A stretch of 64,000 nucleotides of DNA from Mobula hypostoma (Eukaryota). Below the pieces are notes generated by a model. That model was not told the origin of the DNA. It saw nothing but the letters and a program-made list of their open reading frames with translations, and did no database searches. The stretch covers positions 90,832,001-90,896,000 of the forward strand of contig NC_086097.1 of NCBI RefSeq assembly GCF_963921235.1, written 5' to 3'. The translations under genes were made by a program, and so were the position numbers. Positions 51,361 through 63,519 of the stretch are shown one piece after another. Each line of letters begins with the position of its first letter. Positions within the stretch are counted from its first letter, which is position 1.

Positions 51361-52247
51361 GTAACTGGACATCTCAGACAGCATGGCCGAGCTGGACAGT
51401 GGGGCCATTTTCCGCACTGCATTTCTCAATGACTTGACATTCCAGCAAGTTGAACAGAATATCAAAGTTGAGGAGTTGATCAAGTTCTGTTAATTCCCAT
51501 CAGGAGGATCAGATTAAAATCACCAAAGAGTTATGCCAGCATCAGTGCACACGGGGCTTTCTGGCTTCTGAATTCCTTTTTTCTTGTAAAGAAATAATAA
51601 ATAAGGTGTTTGAAAATTTAACAAGGAATCATTTGAATTCCTTGTATTTCTTGAAAGTAGAGAAAATATTGAATTGGGAGTGGTTCAGTCTGTGATAACT
51701 CAGCTCTGTTAGTGAGATGGCAAGATAAGTGCTAAACTCTCTCTAAAATAAAATGAGAAAAGTGGATGCTCGCCACCTCTCCAATGTGAAAATACATTTA
51801 AATATTGAGTGAAGATGGATTTGAAAGTAATTCTAAACTCTCATGTTTCTTATACTTACTTTCTGAAGTCACAGATGGAGGTTATTCACCTGTTGAGTCT
51901 GTGCCTGCTCTCAGAAGGACCAAGAAGTATAAACACAATGAAGTCGTGGTGAACCCTTATAAAGCAGTAGCCCAGCACTAGCTGGAGTACAGTGTTGTGT
52001 TCATTTCTGGGCACCACATTACAGCAGGGATGTAGAGACATTAGAGTGGGCCCTGAGTGGACCTACCGGTATAATTCACAGGATGAGTAGCTTCAGTTTC
52101 AGGGGTAAATTGGAACGAATAGGAATGCTTCCTTTGGAGAACATTGGCGGGTGGATGGATATCGAATATTAGGTTCTGTACTGAGTGGGGCTGTTCCCAT
52201 TGGCAGAGGAATGCAGACAAGAGGTCATCGGTATGGATAAAGGGGAA

Positions 52248-53281
52248 ACCATAGGAACCATAGAAACTACAGCACAGGCCTTTTGGCCCTTCTTGGCTGT
52301 GCCAAACCATTTTCTGCCTAGTCCCACTGACCTGCACACGGACCATATCCCTCCATACACCTCCCATCCATGTATCTGTCCAATTTATTCTTAAATGTTA
52401 AAAAAGAACCCGCAGTTACCACCTCTTCTGGCAGCTCATTCCATAGTCCCACCACTCTCTGTGTAAAGAAGCCCCCCCCCCAATGTTCCCTTTAAACTTC
52501 TCCCCCCTCACCCTAAACCCATGTCCTCTGGTTTTTTTCTCCCCTTGCCTCAGTGGAAAAAGCCTGTTTGCATTCACTCTATCTATACCCATCATAATTT
52601 TATATACCTCTATCAAATCTCCCCTCATTCTTCTACGCTCCAGGGAATAAAGTCCCAACCTATTCAACCTTTCTCTGTAACTGAGTTTCTCAAGTCCTGC
52701 CAACATCCTTGTAAACCTTCTCTGCACTCTTTCAACCTTATTTATATCCTTCCTGTAATTTGGTGACCAAAACTGAACACAATACGCCAGATTCGGCCTC
52801 ACCTAACTAACTAATATTCCTAACTAACCTCCCATGTGGAACCTTGTCAAAGGCCTTACTGAAGTCCATGTAGACAATATCCACTGCCTTCCCTTCATCC
52901 ACTTTCCTGGTAACCTCCTCGAAAAACTCCAATAGATTGGTCAAACATGACCTACCATGCACAAAGCCATGTTGACTCTCCCTAATAAGTCCCTGTCTAT
53001 CCAAATGCTTGTAGATTCTGTCTCTTAGTACTCCCTCCAATAACTTACCTACTACCGACATTAAACTTACTGGCCTATAATTTCCCGGATTACTTTTCGA
53101 TCCTTTTTTAAACAACGGAACAACATGAGCCACTCTTCAATCCTCCAGCACTTCACCCGTAGACAGCGACATTTTAAATATTTCAGCCAGGACCCCTACA
53201 ATTTCAACACTAGTCTCCTTCAAGGTCCGAGGGAACACCCTGTCAGGTCCCGGGGATTTATCCACTTTAATTTTCCTCAAG
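52248..53281 (-). mobile_element. 5'-truncated CR1 with internal deletion of the RT core
   Basis: ORF 52807-53133 (to AFDKVPHGRL) abuts ORF 52416-52802 (RP.L.YCVQFWSP); 'accataggaaccatagaa' tail. Confidence 0.9.
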
Positions 53282-53787
53282 AGTATTAAAGGTGAAGTAA
53301 GAGACTTTCGTAGCTGCAGAATGAATTGCACTTGTGTGCAGTTTTGGTGAAGGCCAGTTTCATTATGGCCTTCAAAGGGAACTGAGTAAATATATGGTAA
53401 GGGGACATTTTCAAGACTAAGGAGAATTGGCTGGGCATTGGGAGGGGGTGTAACTAGTGAGGTACTGTGGAGGACAGCTGATCTGGACACAAGAGGCTGA
53501 ATGGCCCTACCTACACTGTCCATATTATGGAAGACACCAGGCACTTCACATCTCTGTCTCGAGCACCTGGAGGCTATGCAGCAGGAGCACGCAGTGTATC
53601 AGTTACCCCATCTTCCCAAGCAGTCTCCAGATCCTACGTTACATGCATTAACTACCCCAGAACCTATACAACTGGAGAGGAAGTAAGTCACTCTCAATGA
53701 TCAGTATCCGCTTGTAAAGAAGAAATCATTCACCAGCACCTCTTCTATAAGCATGCATCTCCCCTCTGGTCCTTACCCAGTGATGAC

Positions 53788-53983
53788 TGTTGTTCCATTC
53801 CACGCCTTGTGGCGTATCAGGTAGCAACCTTGCCATTTTTTAGCATTTTTGTCTGTTTTAAGTTGCTCGCACAATGCTCAACCCGGCATGGATGGAAAAT
53901 GTGCAAGGAGCTGGCCGGATTTGAACCCTGGACCACTCGCCTCAAAGTCCGGTGTGGATGCCACTACACCACCGGCCGGCTTA
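53788..53983 (-). mobile_element. tRNA-derived SINE with 13-bp TSD
   Basis: Reverse-complement head gccggccggTGGTGTAGTGG...GGTTCAAATCC (A and B boxes); TSD acccagtgatgac / acccagtgatggc (53775-53787, 53984-53996). Confidence 0.85.
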
Positions 53984-54164
53984 ACCCAGTGATGGCAGCA
54001 CACCCTAAATATTGAAACTATTGTGGACTGTTTCCATTCCAACTCATCCCTCCACCCAGTACTTCACCTCAGGATTTTCCATCTTCTAGTCTTACGCTTC
54101 CAGAATAAGGTCTGCACTTCAGCATCGACTTAGCTGTTATCTTTATTGACGTTGGAGATGTTTG

Positions 54165-54566
54165 GAGCATTTCAAAGTTGTGGATACATGAAAATCAGCC
54201 TGCCCTCCATGGACTCTGTCTGCATTTCTTGCTGCCCTGAGAAAGCGGACAACATAATCTAAGACCCCTCCCACTCCCTCCTTCTTACTTCGATTGGCCA
54301 GAAGATACAAAACTTGAAAACACACATCACCAGGCTCTAGGACAGATTTTATCCCTAGACTTCCTGTACAATAAAGATGAACCCATGACCTCATACTCTA
54401 CCTCGTCATTAATCTTGCACCTTACTGTCGCCCTGCACTGCACTATATTCTGTGATTGCTCTTCTCTCAATGTACTTAAGTTTTGAAATGATCTGTGTGG
54501 ATGGCATACAAAACACAGTTTTTCTCCGTGTCTTGCTACTTGTGACAATAATAAACCGATTACCAT
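54165..54566 (+). mobile_element. Degraded Rex1/L2-type LINE 3' end
   Basis: Decayed 'L.KA..II.DPSH', 'T.R....F.P' and tail 'gtgacaataataaacc'. Confidence 0.6.
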
Positions 54567-54849
54567 TTTCATTTATTGTTTCTTTTTTGTAATTTATTTT
54601 TTACTGAAGTTCATCATCAAACAAAACTTTCCATAAGATGTATTTCAGATACTGTACATATATATCATATAATCATATTTGTCACAAATCTCCACATAAT
54701 ATTTATCCGAGGTATACACTTATAGAAAGGAGAGGAAAGAAAGAACAATGAAAAGAAGAAAACTATGTACGAAGTAGGGAGTGATCTTTTTTTTTTACAA
54801 CATATTCATTGACTTGTGGGAATAAAATCAGGCCTGTGAGGTTTTAGGT

Positions 54850-57742
54850 AGTTAAACCATTTTCCCAGTATGAATCAGATTGTTTCAACTTATGGTTAAC
54901 AGATGCTGTTATCTGCTCCATTTTGTAAACGACCATTGTAATTTCCATCTATACATTTAAAGTTGGGCTCTCCTGTGATAACCATTTCCTGGTAAGGGTC
55001 TTTTTACCAGCCACTAGCAGTTTATTCATTAAATATTTATCTCTTTTCAACCATTCTTGAGGTATATACCCAAAATATATGGTTTTACTCTCTAAGGGTA
55101 TTTCACATTTAAAGATGTCTTGTAGGGCATTGTGTATCCCACTCCAATAGTCTTTGATAACGGGGCATTCCTAGAAAATATGATAATGGTTTGCATTTTG
55201 ATTTCCAGAATTTCCCCAGCAAACAGTGAGGTTACTACCATAACGGGATTTCTGAGAGGGTGTAATAAAATATCTTATCAAGTTTTTCCACCCGAACTCC
55301 CTCCATTTCTGTGAACTGGTACACTTCCATTGATACCTCCATATTATTGTCCATTCTTCCTCAGATATTATTATCCCTCCTTCCTTCTCCCATTTTGTTT
55401 TAATGTATGAAGTCGAATATGTTTTAAGATTTGACAAACCCTTATACACGCTTGAAATTATTCTACTACCGTTGTCTGAATCATATGCTTTTCTAAATAG
55501 CTCCATCAAACATGTACGTACCTTGGTTACATTTTTAACCGTCCTATGAACATACTGTCGCATCTGTAAATATCGATAGAAGTCCTGTTTTTCTAATAAG
55601 TGTTTCTCTTTGAGCATTTCAAAATTTAACAGTGTCCCTTCTTTAATTATATTGCAAATAACTGTTATTCTTTTAGCTGTCCAGTCCTTAAACTAGCATC
55701 CAGTTTGTTTGGCGTAAAATCCGAGTCATACGCACAACATTTAAGAATTGCAATGTCTCTCTCTAGTTTATATTCTTTTATAATTGTTTTCCATATTTTA
55801 AGAGTCCATTTCATCCATGGGTTATCAATAGTATTTATGTAACTTTGTATGTTGTTATCAGTCAAAATTGCCTGTATGGGGATGGAAAGTATCCTCTCCT
55901 CAATGTCTTTCCATTGAGTGTCATATGATGGATTGCACCAGCATATCACAGCTCTCAACTGAGCTGCAAAAATAGTAATCTCTAAGAGAAGATAGGCCTC
56001 ATCCCCCACTTTTCCTTGGCTAATTGCAAAGTTTTGAGATGAATTCTAGGCCTTTTACCTTGCCATATATATCTTGATAGCATCTTGTTCCATTCATTGA
56101 ATTGATTTTGGTTAATCTCTATTGGCAGGGTCTGAAAGAGATATAGTATTCTGGGCAGTACATTAATTTTAATAGATTCAATCCTTGAACTGAGACCAAG
56201 AAAAGGAATTAGGTTCCGTCTTGTTATATCTTCCTTAATTTTTTTATATATAGGCTGATAATTGCATTCTGATAATTTTGCTAAATCTTTTGGCATAATG
56301 ATGCCCAAATATTTGACAGACTCTGTTTGCCATGCCCAAGGATATCTACTTTCAATTTCTCTTGGTTATCTATAGTTATATGAAAGTAGTTGGGTTTTAT
56401 CTATGTTGATCTTGTCTCCTGATAATTGGCCATATTTTTCAAAGAATTGCATCAATTTAGGTAAAGAGTATGTTGGTTGCCCTAGATAGATCAAAATGTC
56501 ATCTGTGTAACAGGCCAATTTATGTTCTGTCCCTTTAATAGTAATTCCCCTGATATCTTCATTTTGTCTGATGTGTTGAGCTAATGGTTCCAGATATAAT
56601 GCAAAGAGTAGCGGTGACCATGCACAACCCTGTCTCGTGCCCCTTTCTCGGGTAAAACTATTAGATAAATATCCATTGATTTTAATCCTAGCAGTAGAAT
56701 TGTCATATAGTGCCTGTATAGTTTTAATAATTGTGTCATGTAGACGAAATCTATGTAAAACTCTGTAAAGGAAATACCAATTAACCGAATCAAATGCCTT
56801 TTCAGCGACCACACTTATCACTATTGCTTCAATTTCATTTTTTTATATGGTCCATAATGTGAAGTATCCTTCGTATATTGTCTTGTGTTTGGCGTTGTTG
56901 TATAAAACTTGTCTGATCATTATGTATCAGTGTGGGTTGAAACTCTTCTAATTGGCCATGATGGAGGTAAATAATCTATAATCCACATTAAGAACAGTTA
57001 TTGGTCTAAAGGACCCACATTCCATCTTATCCTTGCCTTCTTTTGGTGTAGCTGAGATTATTACCTCCTTCCAGCTGGGTGGCATTTGCGCCTCTCTTAG
57101 AGCCCAGTTCAGTGTGGGGAGCAGAACAGGAACTAACTCATTTCTAAATTCCTTATACCACTCTGTCATATATCCATCTAATCCAGGTGACTTGCTTAAT
57201 TTAAGCCTACTAATTGTCCCCCCGCCCCCCCCCCCCGCTTTCTTATGTAAGGACTTTGTTTCATAAGTTTTTCTATTGGAAGAGTCTAACTTTGGTTGTA
57301 ATTGTAAATTTAAGTCTCCCCCACATATCAAGAGACCTTCTGTTTCTGTTACCATAATATTAGTAATTTTCTGGAAGAAACTAATATCACTTCCTGGGGG
57401 TGCATATATATTCAATAAAGTAACTAGATTTACATCTATATTCCCCCTTACCAGAATATATCTGTCCTCCTTATCTCCCACTTCGAATGCTTTTTCAAAA
57501 TTTAGCTTGCTTGAGATGAGAATAGCAACTTCTCTTCTATGTCCTGATTTATAGGAGGAAAACAAATTAGTGAAGCCCATTCTCTTCAATTTTCCATGCT
57601 CATTATCACTTAAGTGAGTTTCCTGTAAATTTACTACATGGGCTTGTTCTTTTTTCATTTTTGATCGAATTTAACTTTGTTTGATTGGATTTAACAGCCC
57701 ATTGACATTAAAAGAAATGAATTTTACTTTGTCCTTAGCCAT
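54850..57742 (-). pseudogene. L1-type ORF2 remnant (APE, RT, C-terminal zinc-finger region)
   Basis: ATG at 57742 (MAKDKVKFISFNVNGL); motifs [46 protein letters not shown] and YLFQTLP; many frameshifts. Confidence 0.9.
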
Positions 57743-57785
57743 GTGTATTTATCTGTTAGTATATCATTGAAATTTGCAGAATAAT

Positions 57786-57826
57786 CAATTTCCCTCAGGA
57801 TCAATAAAGTATGACTATGACTATGA
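57786..57826 (+). mobile_element. About 40-bp tail-only insertion of the Rex1/L2-type family seen at 9063-9855
   Basis: caatttccctcaggatcaataaagtatgactatgactatga matches 9815-9855. Confidence 0.8.
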
Positions 57827-58962
57827 TAACTTAATCGATCTACTCCCTGAATAAGAACCAAGAAACGTGAATAATTAAAAAAAGGTAACAAAGGTGTGAT
57901 TCCAAGGCTGGGGTCTCTAGATGACCCTGGGTTGAGCTAGAGGAAATATCTAGACGTGGGGGATAGCCCCTCCTACCTGTAAGTTAAGGGCCCCCACTGC
58001 AGTACCTATAAAAGTAAGTAAAAAAATTTATGTCCATTACACAGAAATGATTTCCCTGTGTATTCCCCCCATATATATATATTCTCATTTAGGTGGGAAA
58101 AAAGGAGTGAATGAATGAATAAAAAAAATTGAGTAATATAAAATCCACATTATAATACATATTTCTTGAGATAGGTACATCACCATCTATTTTTGCTTCC
58201 ATTTAGTTTATCAGCACTTTTAAAGTTAGCCATACCTTATGGCTGTTCTGGAGGAGGTGAGGGCTGTCTTTGGAGAACTCACAGTCTCTTTCTAATATCC
58301 TTCACTTGTCCTCCTCCCGTCCCCTGCTTTCTCGGTTCTCTTACTATTTCCCAAGCAGATCGGGATAATTGCTCAGCCAGACTTTCCCTTGGTTTGACCA
58401 TGCTAACGAGCAACCCTCTGTTGTTCACGTCTGCAGTCACCTCTTCCACCATCTGATATAGCAGTATCTCTCCTTCGTAAAATACTCTCAGTTTAGCAGG
58501 GTACGGGGTTTGGAGTTTAATCTTTTCTTGCTTTAATATTTGTTTCGCTTCAGAATATTCCTTCTGTTTCTGTAGGACCGCCGGGGGTAATCATGATCGA
58601 AGTATATTAACTTCCCGTTCCAAACCATCCTCTTCTTACCCCAGGCCCTTCGTAGAATCTCCACCTTGCTCTTGAACCAAAGGAATCTAAGTACTATAGA
58701 GCGCGGCTTACTTTCTCTGTCTCCGGGAGGCTGTGGGACGAGCGAACGATGTTCCCTCTCAATTTCAATCTCCGTAGTCGGGGGAATCTCCAGTGCTTCC
58801 CGCAGCAACTTTTCTCCAAACTCCATCATCGACAATCCCTCCGCTCCTTCGGGAACAGTATAAATCCTGATATTTTTCCGTCACAATCTTCCCTCCTGGT
58901 CAAGCAATTTGCTTTCCTGTTGATTTAATACTTTTATCGTCTTACTTAGTATCTATTCCATG

Positions 58963-60504
58963 TGTAAGGGGTTTCTTCTTTTATGTTACTGCGTAGGTTA
59001 ATCAAAATGGTTTCTTTGTTATGTTATAATTTAAATGGCTTCTTTGTTATGTTAAATGCTGAGAAAGTTCTCTCGCTGCAGCTTGTTTGGGTTATATTAT
59101 TCATAAGAGAGCAAATAAACCAATGGGTGTCCATGTCATTCTTTTCTGGGGTGATATTCTGTCTCATATGGCTGGGAAACGGTGGTTTTGGCAGGGAGTT
59201 GGAGGAGAGACCGGGAGGAAGACGGACGTGCTGGGTTTTGACGGGGAGTTGGAGGAGAGACCGGGAGGAAGACGGACGTGCTGGGTTTTGGCGGGGAGTT
59301 GGAGGAGAGACCGGGAGGAAGACGGACGTGCTGGGGTTTTGACGGGGAGTTGGAGGAGAGACCGGGAGGAAGACGGACGTGCTGGGTTTTGGCGGGGAGT
59401 TGGAGGAGAGACCGGGAGGAAGACGGACGTGCTGGGTTTTGGCGGGGAGTTGGAGGAGAGACCAGGAGGAAGACAGACGTGCTGGGTTTTGACGGGGAGT
59501 TGGAGGAGAGACCGGGAGTAAGACGGACGTGCTGGGGTTTTGGCGGGGAGTTGGAGGAGAGACCGGGAGGAAGACGGACGTGCTGGGGTTTTGGCGGGGA
59601 GTTGGAGGAGAGACCGGGAGGAAGACGGACGTGCTGGGTTTTGACGGGGAGTTGGAGGAGAGACCGGGAGGAAGACGGACGTGCTGGGGTTTTGACGGGG
59701 AGTTGGAGGAGAGACCGGGAGGAAGACGGACGTGCTGGGTTTTGGCGGGGAGTTGGAGGAGAGACCGGGAGGAAGACGGACGTGCTGGGTTTTGACGGGG
59801 AGTTGGAGGAGAGACCAGGAGGAAGACAGACGTGCTGGGTTTTGGCGGGGAGTTGGAGGAGAGACCGGGAGGAAGATGGACGTGCTGGGGTTTTGGCGGG
59901 GAGTTGGAGGAGAGACCGGGAGTAAGACGGACGTGCTGGGTTTTGGCGGGGAGTTGGAGGAGAGACCGGGAGGAAGACAGACGTGCTGGGTTTTGGCGGG
60001 GAGTTGGAGGAGAGACCGGGAGGAAGACGGACGTGCTGGGTTTTGACGGGGAGTTGGAGGAGAGACCGGGAGGAAGACGGACGTGCTGGGGTTTTGGCGG
60101 GGAGTTGGAGGAGAGACCGGGAGGAAGACGGACGTGCTGGAAGCGCTCTGGTGGATCACCTTGGGTAGTCCCGAGCGGCGAGTCAAGGGGGTCGGAATGG
60201 AGCGCAGGGTGAAGAGAGAAGACGCCGGGTATTTGAGCTCCAACTGTGTGCACGAAGAAATTGAACTTTGATAAATCTGGCACCTTTTTCTTTTCCTTTT
60301 AAATTGTATCTCTATTAATCTCATAGCCCCAGTAAGATTTATAAAGTGTAATGTGTAAAGTGTACATTGTGTGTGGTCTGATGATTGATGTTTGAAGTTG
60401 AATCAGGTGGCATCGTACAGCAACCGATGCAACTGGGAGACACAGTTAGGCAGCGGACGGGGTTTCCCCTAGGTAAATACGAGCCGATATAGCTAAGCGT
60501 TACA
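58963..60504. mobile_element. Solo LTR with internal minisatellite expansion
   Basis: Perfect TGTAA...TTACA termini interrupt L1 ORF1; flanks CATG and CACT are compatible with a decayed CACG TSD. Confidence 0.8.
59186..60140. repeat. Minisatellite, 19 copies of a 50-51 bp G-rich unit
   Basis: Unit ttttg(g/a)cggggagttggaggagagaccgggaggaagacggacgtgctggg(g), head-to-tail with no spacers. Confidence 0.97.
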
Positions 60505-60884
60505 CACTTTTTGCACGCGATCCTCCACCTTCTCAATTATAGTCTCTGCCACCGCTACTTTCTGATTGACGTTGGCGGGCTCTGACTTGATATCATTGAG
60601 TTGCTGCTTTATATCTTTTTGGACTTCCCTTATCTCTTCCAGAATTTTTATCATATTTGCCGCTTCGCCTGAATTAGGCCCAGCGTCAGCTTCGCCACTA
60701 CGCGCACGTGTAGGAGAGCCGCACGTTGTACCTCTCTCTTCCATAGGCTCTGAAGTGATGCTTTTTTAATCTCCATTCTTTTTCCCCATCCTTGCTCCCC
60801 TTATCAATTCAGATATTTTTGGAAGATCTTATACTTGATGGATTAACGGGGCAAAATATGCGTTCTGAAGGAGCTGTTGATTTA

Positions 60885-60919
60885 AGCTGCCATTCTGGAC
60901 AATGACGTCACCGGAACCC
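60885..60919 (-). promoter_or_regulatory. L1 5' end internal promoter motifs (ETS-like CCGGAA, CRE TGACGTCA, YY1-like ATGGC)
   Basis: Reverse complement reads GGGTTCCGGTGACGTCATTGTCCAGAATGGCAGC at the extreme 5' end of the element. Confidence 0.5.
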
Positions 60920-61463
60920 TCATTTACTGGTTCTTATTCATTCTTGCCCAATGATTCCTCTCATTTACCCAACAACCAGTTTAGCATTTACTTAATAAAA
61001 AAATAATCGCAAAAAAAATCCTGCAAATGCTGGAAATCAGAAACAAAAATGGAAGATGCTGACTCTGCCTTGTTCGGATGAAAGATGTTGGACTTGAAAT
61101 GCTAACTCTATTTTTCTGTCTGCTGCCGCTGCCTGCCCTGCTGAATGTTTCTGTCATGTTCTGTTTTCCTATTGGTAAATTACTTAAACTGTGACAGTTT
61201 TGTGAATTATAGATAACATGCTTAATGTGCCATATAGTGCGAGCTGAGACTTACAGAACATTCACAGGAACTCTGTCTCAAAAAGTCTATGCCAGTACCT
61301 ACCCTACACAACAGCCTCCCCTCATTCTACCACTGAGATATCATCTGCAAATGAGCTTTTTCTTTGACAGATCCATTCTACTTGTCCAAACGGATATGCA
61401 GGAGTATAAATTTGATAGCTTGGAGAGGAATATTTGTAGCGGAGTAAGTTGTCCTGTGCTTAG

Positions 61464-61665
61464 TTGGTGTTGTTTAGTCCGACTCTTCGTGACCTCATGG
61501 ACCATAGAGTCCATAGGGTTTTCATGGCACGATATGGAAGTGGATCGCCAGGATTTCCTTCCATGCAGATACTGCTGCTGCCCAGGTTGGGACCCGGCTG
61601 GGTTTGAACTCAGGACCATCTGCCTCGAAGTCCAGTGTTGATGCCACTACACCACCAGCCGGCCC
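61464..61665 (-). mobile_element. tRNA-derived SINE with RTE/Bov-B-like tail and 11-bp TSD
   Basis: Same head as the 53788-53983 SINE; tail gtccatgaggtcacgaagagtcggac; TSD cctgtgcttag / cctgtgattag (61453-61463, 61666-61676). Confidence 0.85.
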
Positions 61666-61787
61666 CCTGTGATTAGGCTAGGGTTAAAATTTGTGGGATA
61701 CTGGGCAGCACAGCTCGGAGGGCCAGAAGAGCCTATTCTGAACTGCATCTCTAAAATTTAAAAAAAACATTGAAAAGAAATGTGCAT

Positions 61788-62375
61788 ACGTTTACAGTGG
61801 GGGAGAGCATCCTGACTGGTTGTATCATGGCCTCGTAGGAAACACCAGTGCCCAAGAATTGGAAAGCCCACCAAAAGATGTGAATGCCGTCACAGGAAGT
61901 GCCCTCCCTGAGCATCTCACTAGAAACCAGCATCCATCCGCTAGGACCCCCACCATCCAAGCAATGCTCTCTCCTCACTGCTACCAGCCGGAAGGAGGTA
62001 CAGCACGCTTAGGTACCCATCCAGCAGGTTCAAAAACAGCTCTTACCCTTCAATCATCAGGCTCCTGAACCAGCGTAGCCAACTTCACTCACCACAACCC
62101 TGAACTAATCACTGAACACAACCTATTGGCTCACTTTCAAGGACTCTGCAACTCATCTTTTCAATATCATGTGTTTATTTATTTATTTGGTTGTTTGTCA
62201 CTGTTGTCTTTGTACAGTTTGTCTTCTGCACATTCCATTGTCAGTCCTGGTTTATGTTTTTATTGTATTTCTTTGTTCTATTGTCAACGCCTGCAAGAAA
62301 ATGAATCTCAGGGCAGTTTTTAATGACATACTCTATATGTACTTGGATAATAAATTTACTTTGAACTTGAACTTC
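61788..62375 (+). mobile_element. Degraded Rex1/L2-type LINE 3' end
   Basis: Decayed 'ESILTGCI.A..GN', 'I..DPHHP..A.', 'RFKNS.YP..IRLLN'; tail aataaatttactttgaacttgaactt. Confidence 0.75.
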
Positions 62376-62964
62376 TACCTTGTACATCAAATATTTCTTA
62401 ATAGCTGGAGGTACCCTTGATCCAGCTGCTCCAACCTTTCCAAATGGTGTGCGCGACTCTGTTAATTCAGCTCAATAACCTTTTAAGGGAGTGCGTTACA
62501 TATTTTTACCTTGCCCTGGGGAATGCAGTGGAAACCCCTGACTGATAACTCAATTTTTTAGGCATTAGGAGAGCACTTTCAGGCCTAAAATGACAGATGA
62601 AACAAGTATACAGTTGTGGAGCTGGCCATCTTAGTTTCTATTTTAGTGAGATCAGAGAAGTGATAGGCTGCTGGAAATTTGCAGAATAGACTTATTGGTG
62701 TGCTATGCTAATCCAGCGACAGATCTGACATTTTGGAAATGATTCTTTCTCTCAATGCTAGCTGGACTGGCACAAGGGAGGAATCCGCTCATAGCTTACT
62801 AAAGCCATCTTCCACTTTTTAAAGGCTGGACACTGCTGGTATCTTGCTGTTGCTGGCCCCAGCTGTAGAAATCTACAGAGAGTGAGGTGGCAGGTGGAAA
62901 ATATTTTCTGGCTTCACTTTCTGCACAAAGGCAAAAGCACATTGGGAGGTATTCTACTCATAGT

Positions 62965-63512
62965 ACAAAAAGTAAAGATACTGCCTCATAGTGCCAGTCA
63001 CTTCATTTAAATCTTGATCTCCAGAGCTGTCTGAAGTGGAGATTGCATGAATTCCCTTTGACTACATATTTTCCTTCCAAATTATGCGGACTGCAAATTG
63101 CCCCTGGTGTGTAAGTAAGTGATAGATTCTGGATTTGACAAGAATGTAGCGGAGATTAGTAGGGAATGGAATTGAGAGGTGTTCCGTTTGTTGATTAGAA
63201 TTCCAGGCATCAATTGAGTTGAACAACTAATATAGCTGCTGCCTCGAAGTGTTAAAGAGTTGGGTTCAATCCTGGACATGGTACAGTTTGTGTAGAATTC
63301 ACATGTTCTCCCTGTGTCCATGTGGATTCCTACCAGGTGCTCCAGTTTCCTCCCATGTTGCAAAAACATGCAGACTGGTAGGTTTAATTGGACATTGTAA
63401 ATTACCTTTAGCATATGGGTGAGTGGTAGAATCTGGGAATACAGGGGGGAATAAAATAAGATTTGTGTAGTCTAGTATAAATGAGTGCTACATGGTCACT
63501 GCGGACCTGAAG
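62965..63512 (+). mobile_element. Two tandem degraded V-SINEs
   Basis: V-domain at about 63290-63390 and a more decayed copy at about 63025-63130. Confidence 0.65.
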
Positions 63513-63519
63513 GGTGAAG

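Larger units (their letters stand above)
58235..60788 (-). pseudogene. L1-type ORF1 remnant (coiled coil plus RRM/CTD), split by a solo LTR
   Basis: ORF 60493-60744 is coiled-coil-like; ORF 58533-58835 has 'IEREHRSL...KPRSIVLRF...YFDHDY'; 'QTPYPAKLRVF' at about 58480-58515. Confidence 0.85.
54585..60919 (-). mobile_element. End-to-end L1/Tx1-clade LINE, decayed, with ORF2 deletion and LTR insertion
   Basis: A-rich 3' end; ORF2 fragments; ORF1; 5' end GGGTTCCGGTGACGTCA; 16-bp TSD tcatttattgtttctt (54569-54584) / tcatttactggttctt (60920-60935). Confidence 0.92.

Noticed and set aside
53900..53980. tRNA-like sequence, also at 61590-61663
   Set aside because: These are SINE heads with A/B boxes, flanked by SINE bodies and TSDs, not tRNA genes.
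59024..60324. Long ORFs (419, 386 and 215 aa) and a CRISPR-like periodic array
   Set aside because: The ORFs are by-products of a stop-poor 50-bp tandem repeat. Units are contiguous with no unique spacers, there are no cas genes, and the context is eukaryotic.
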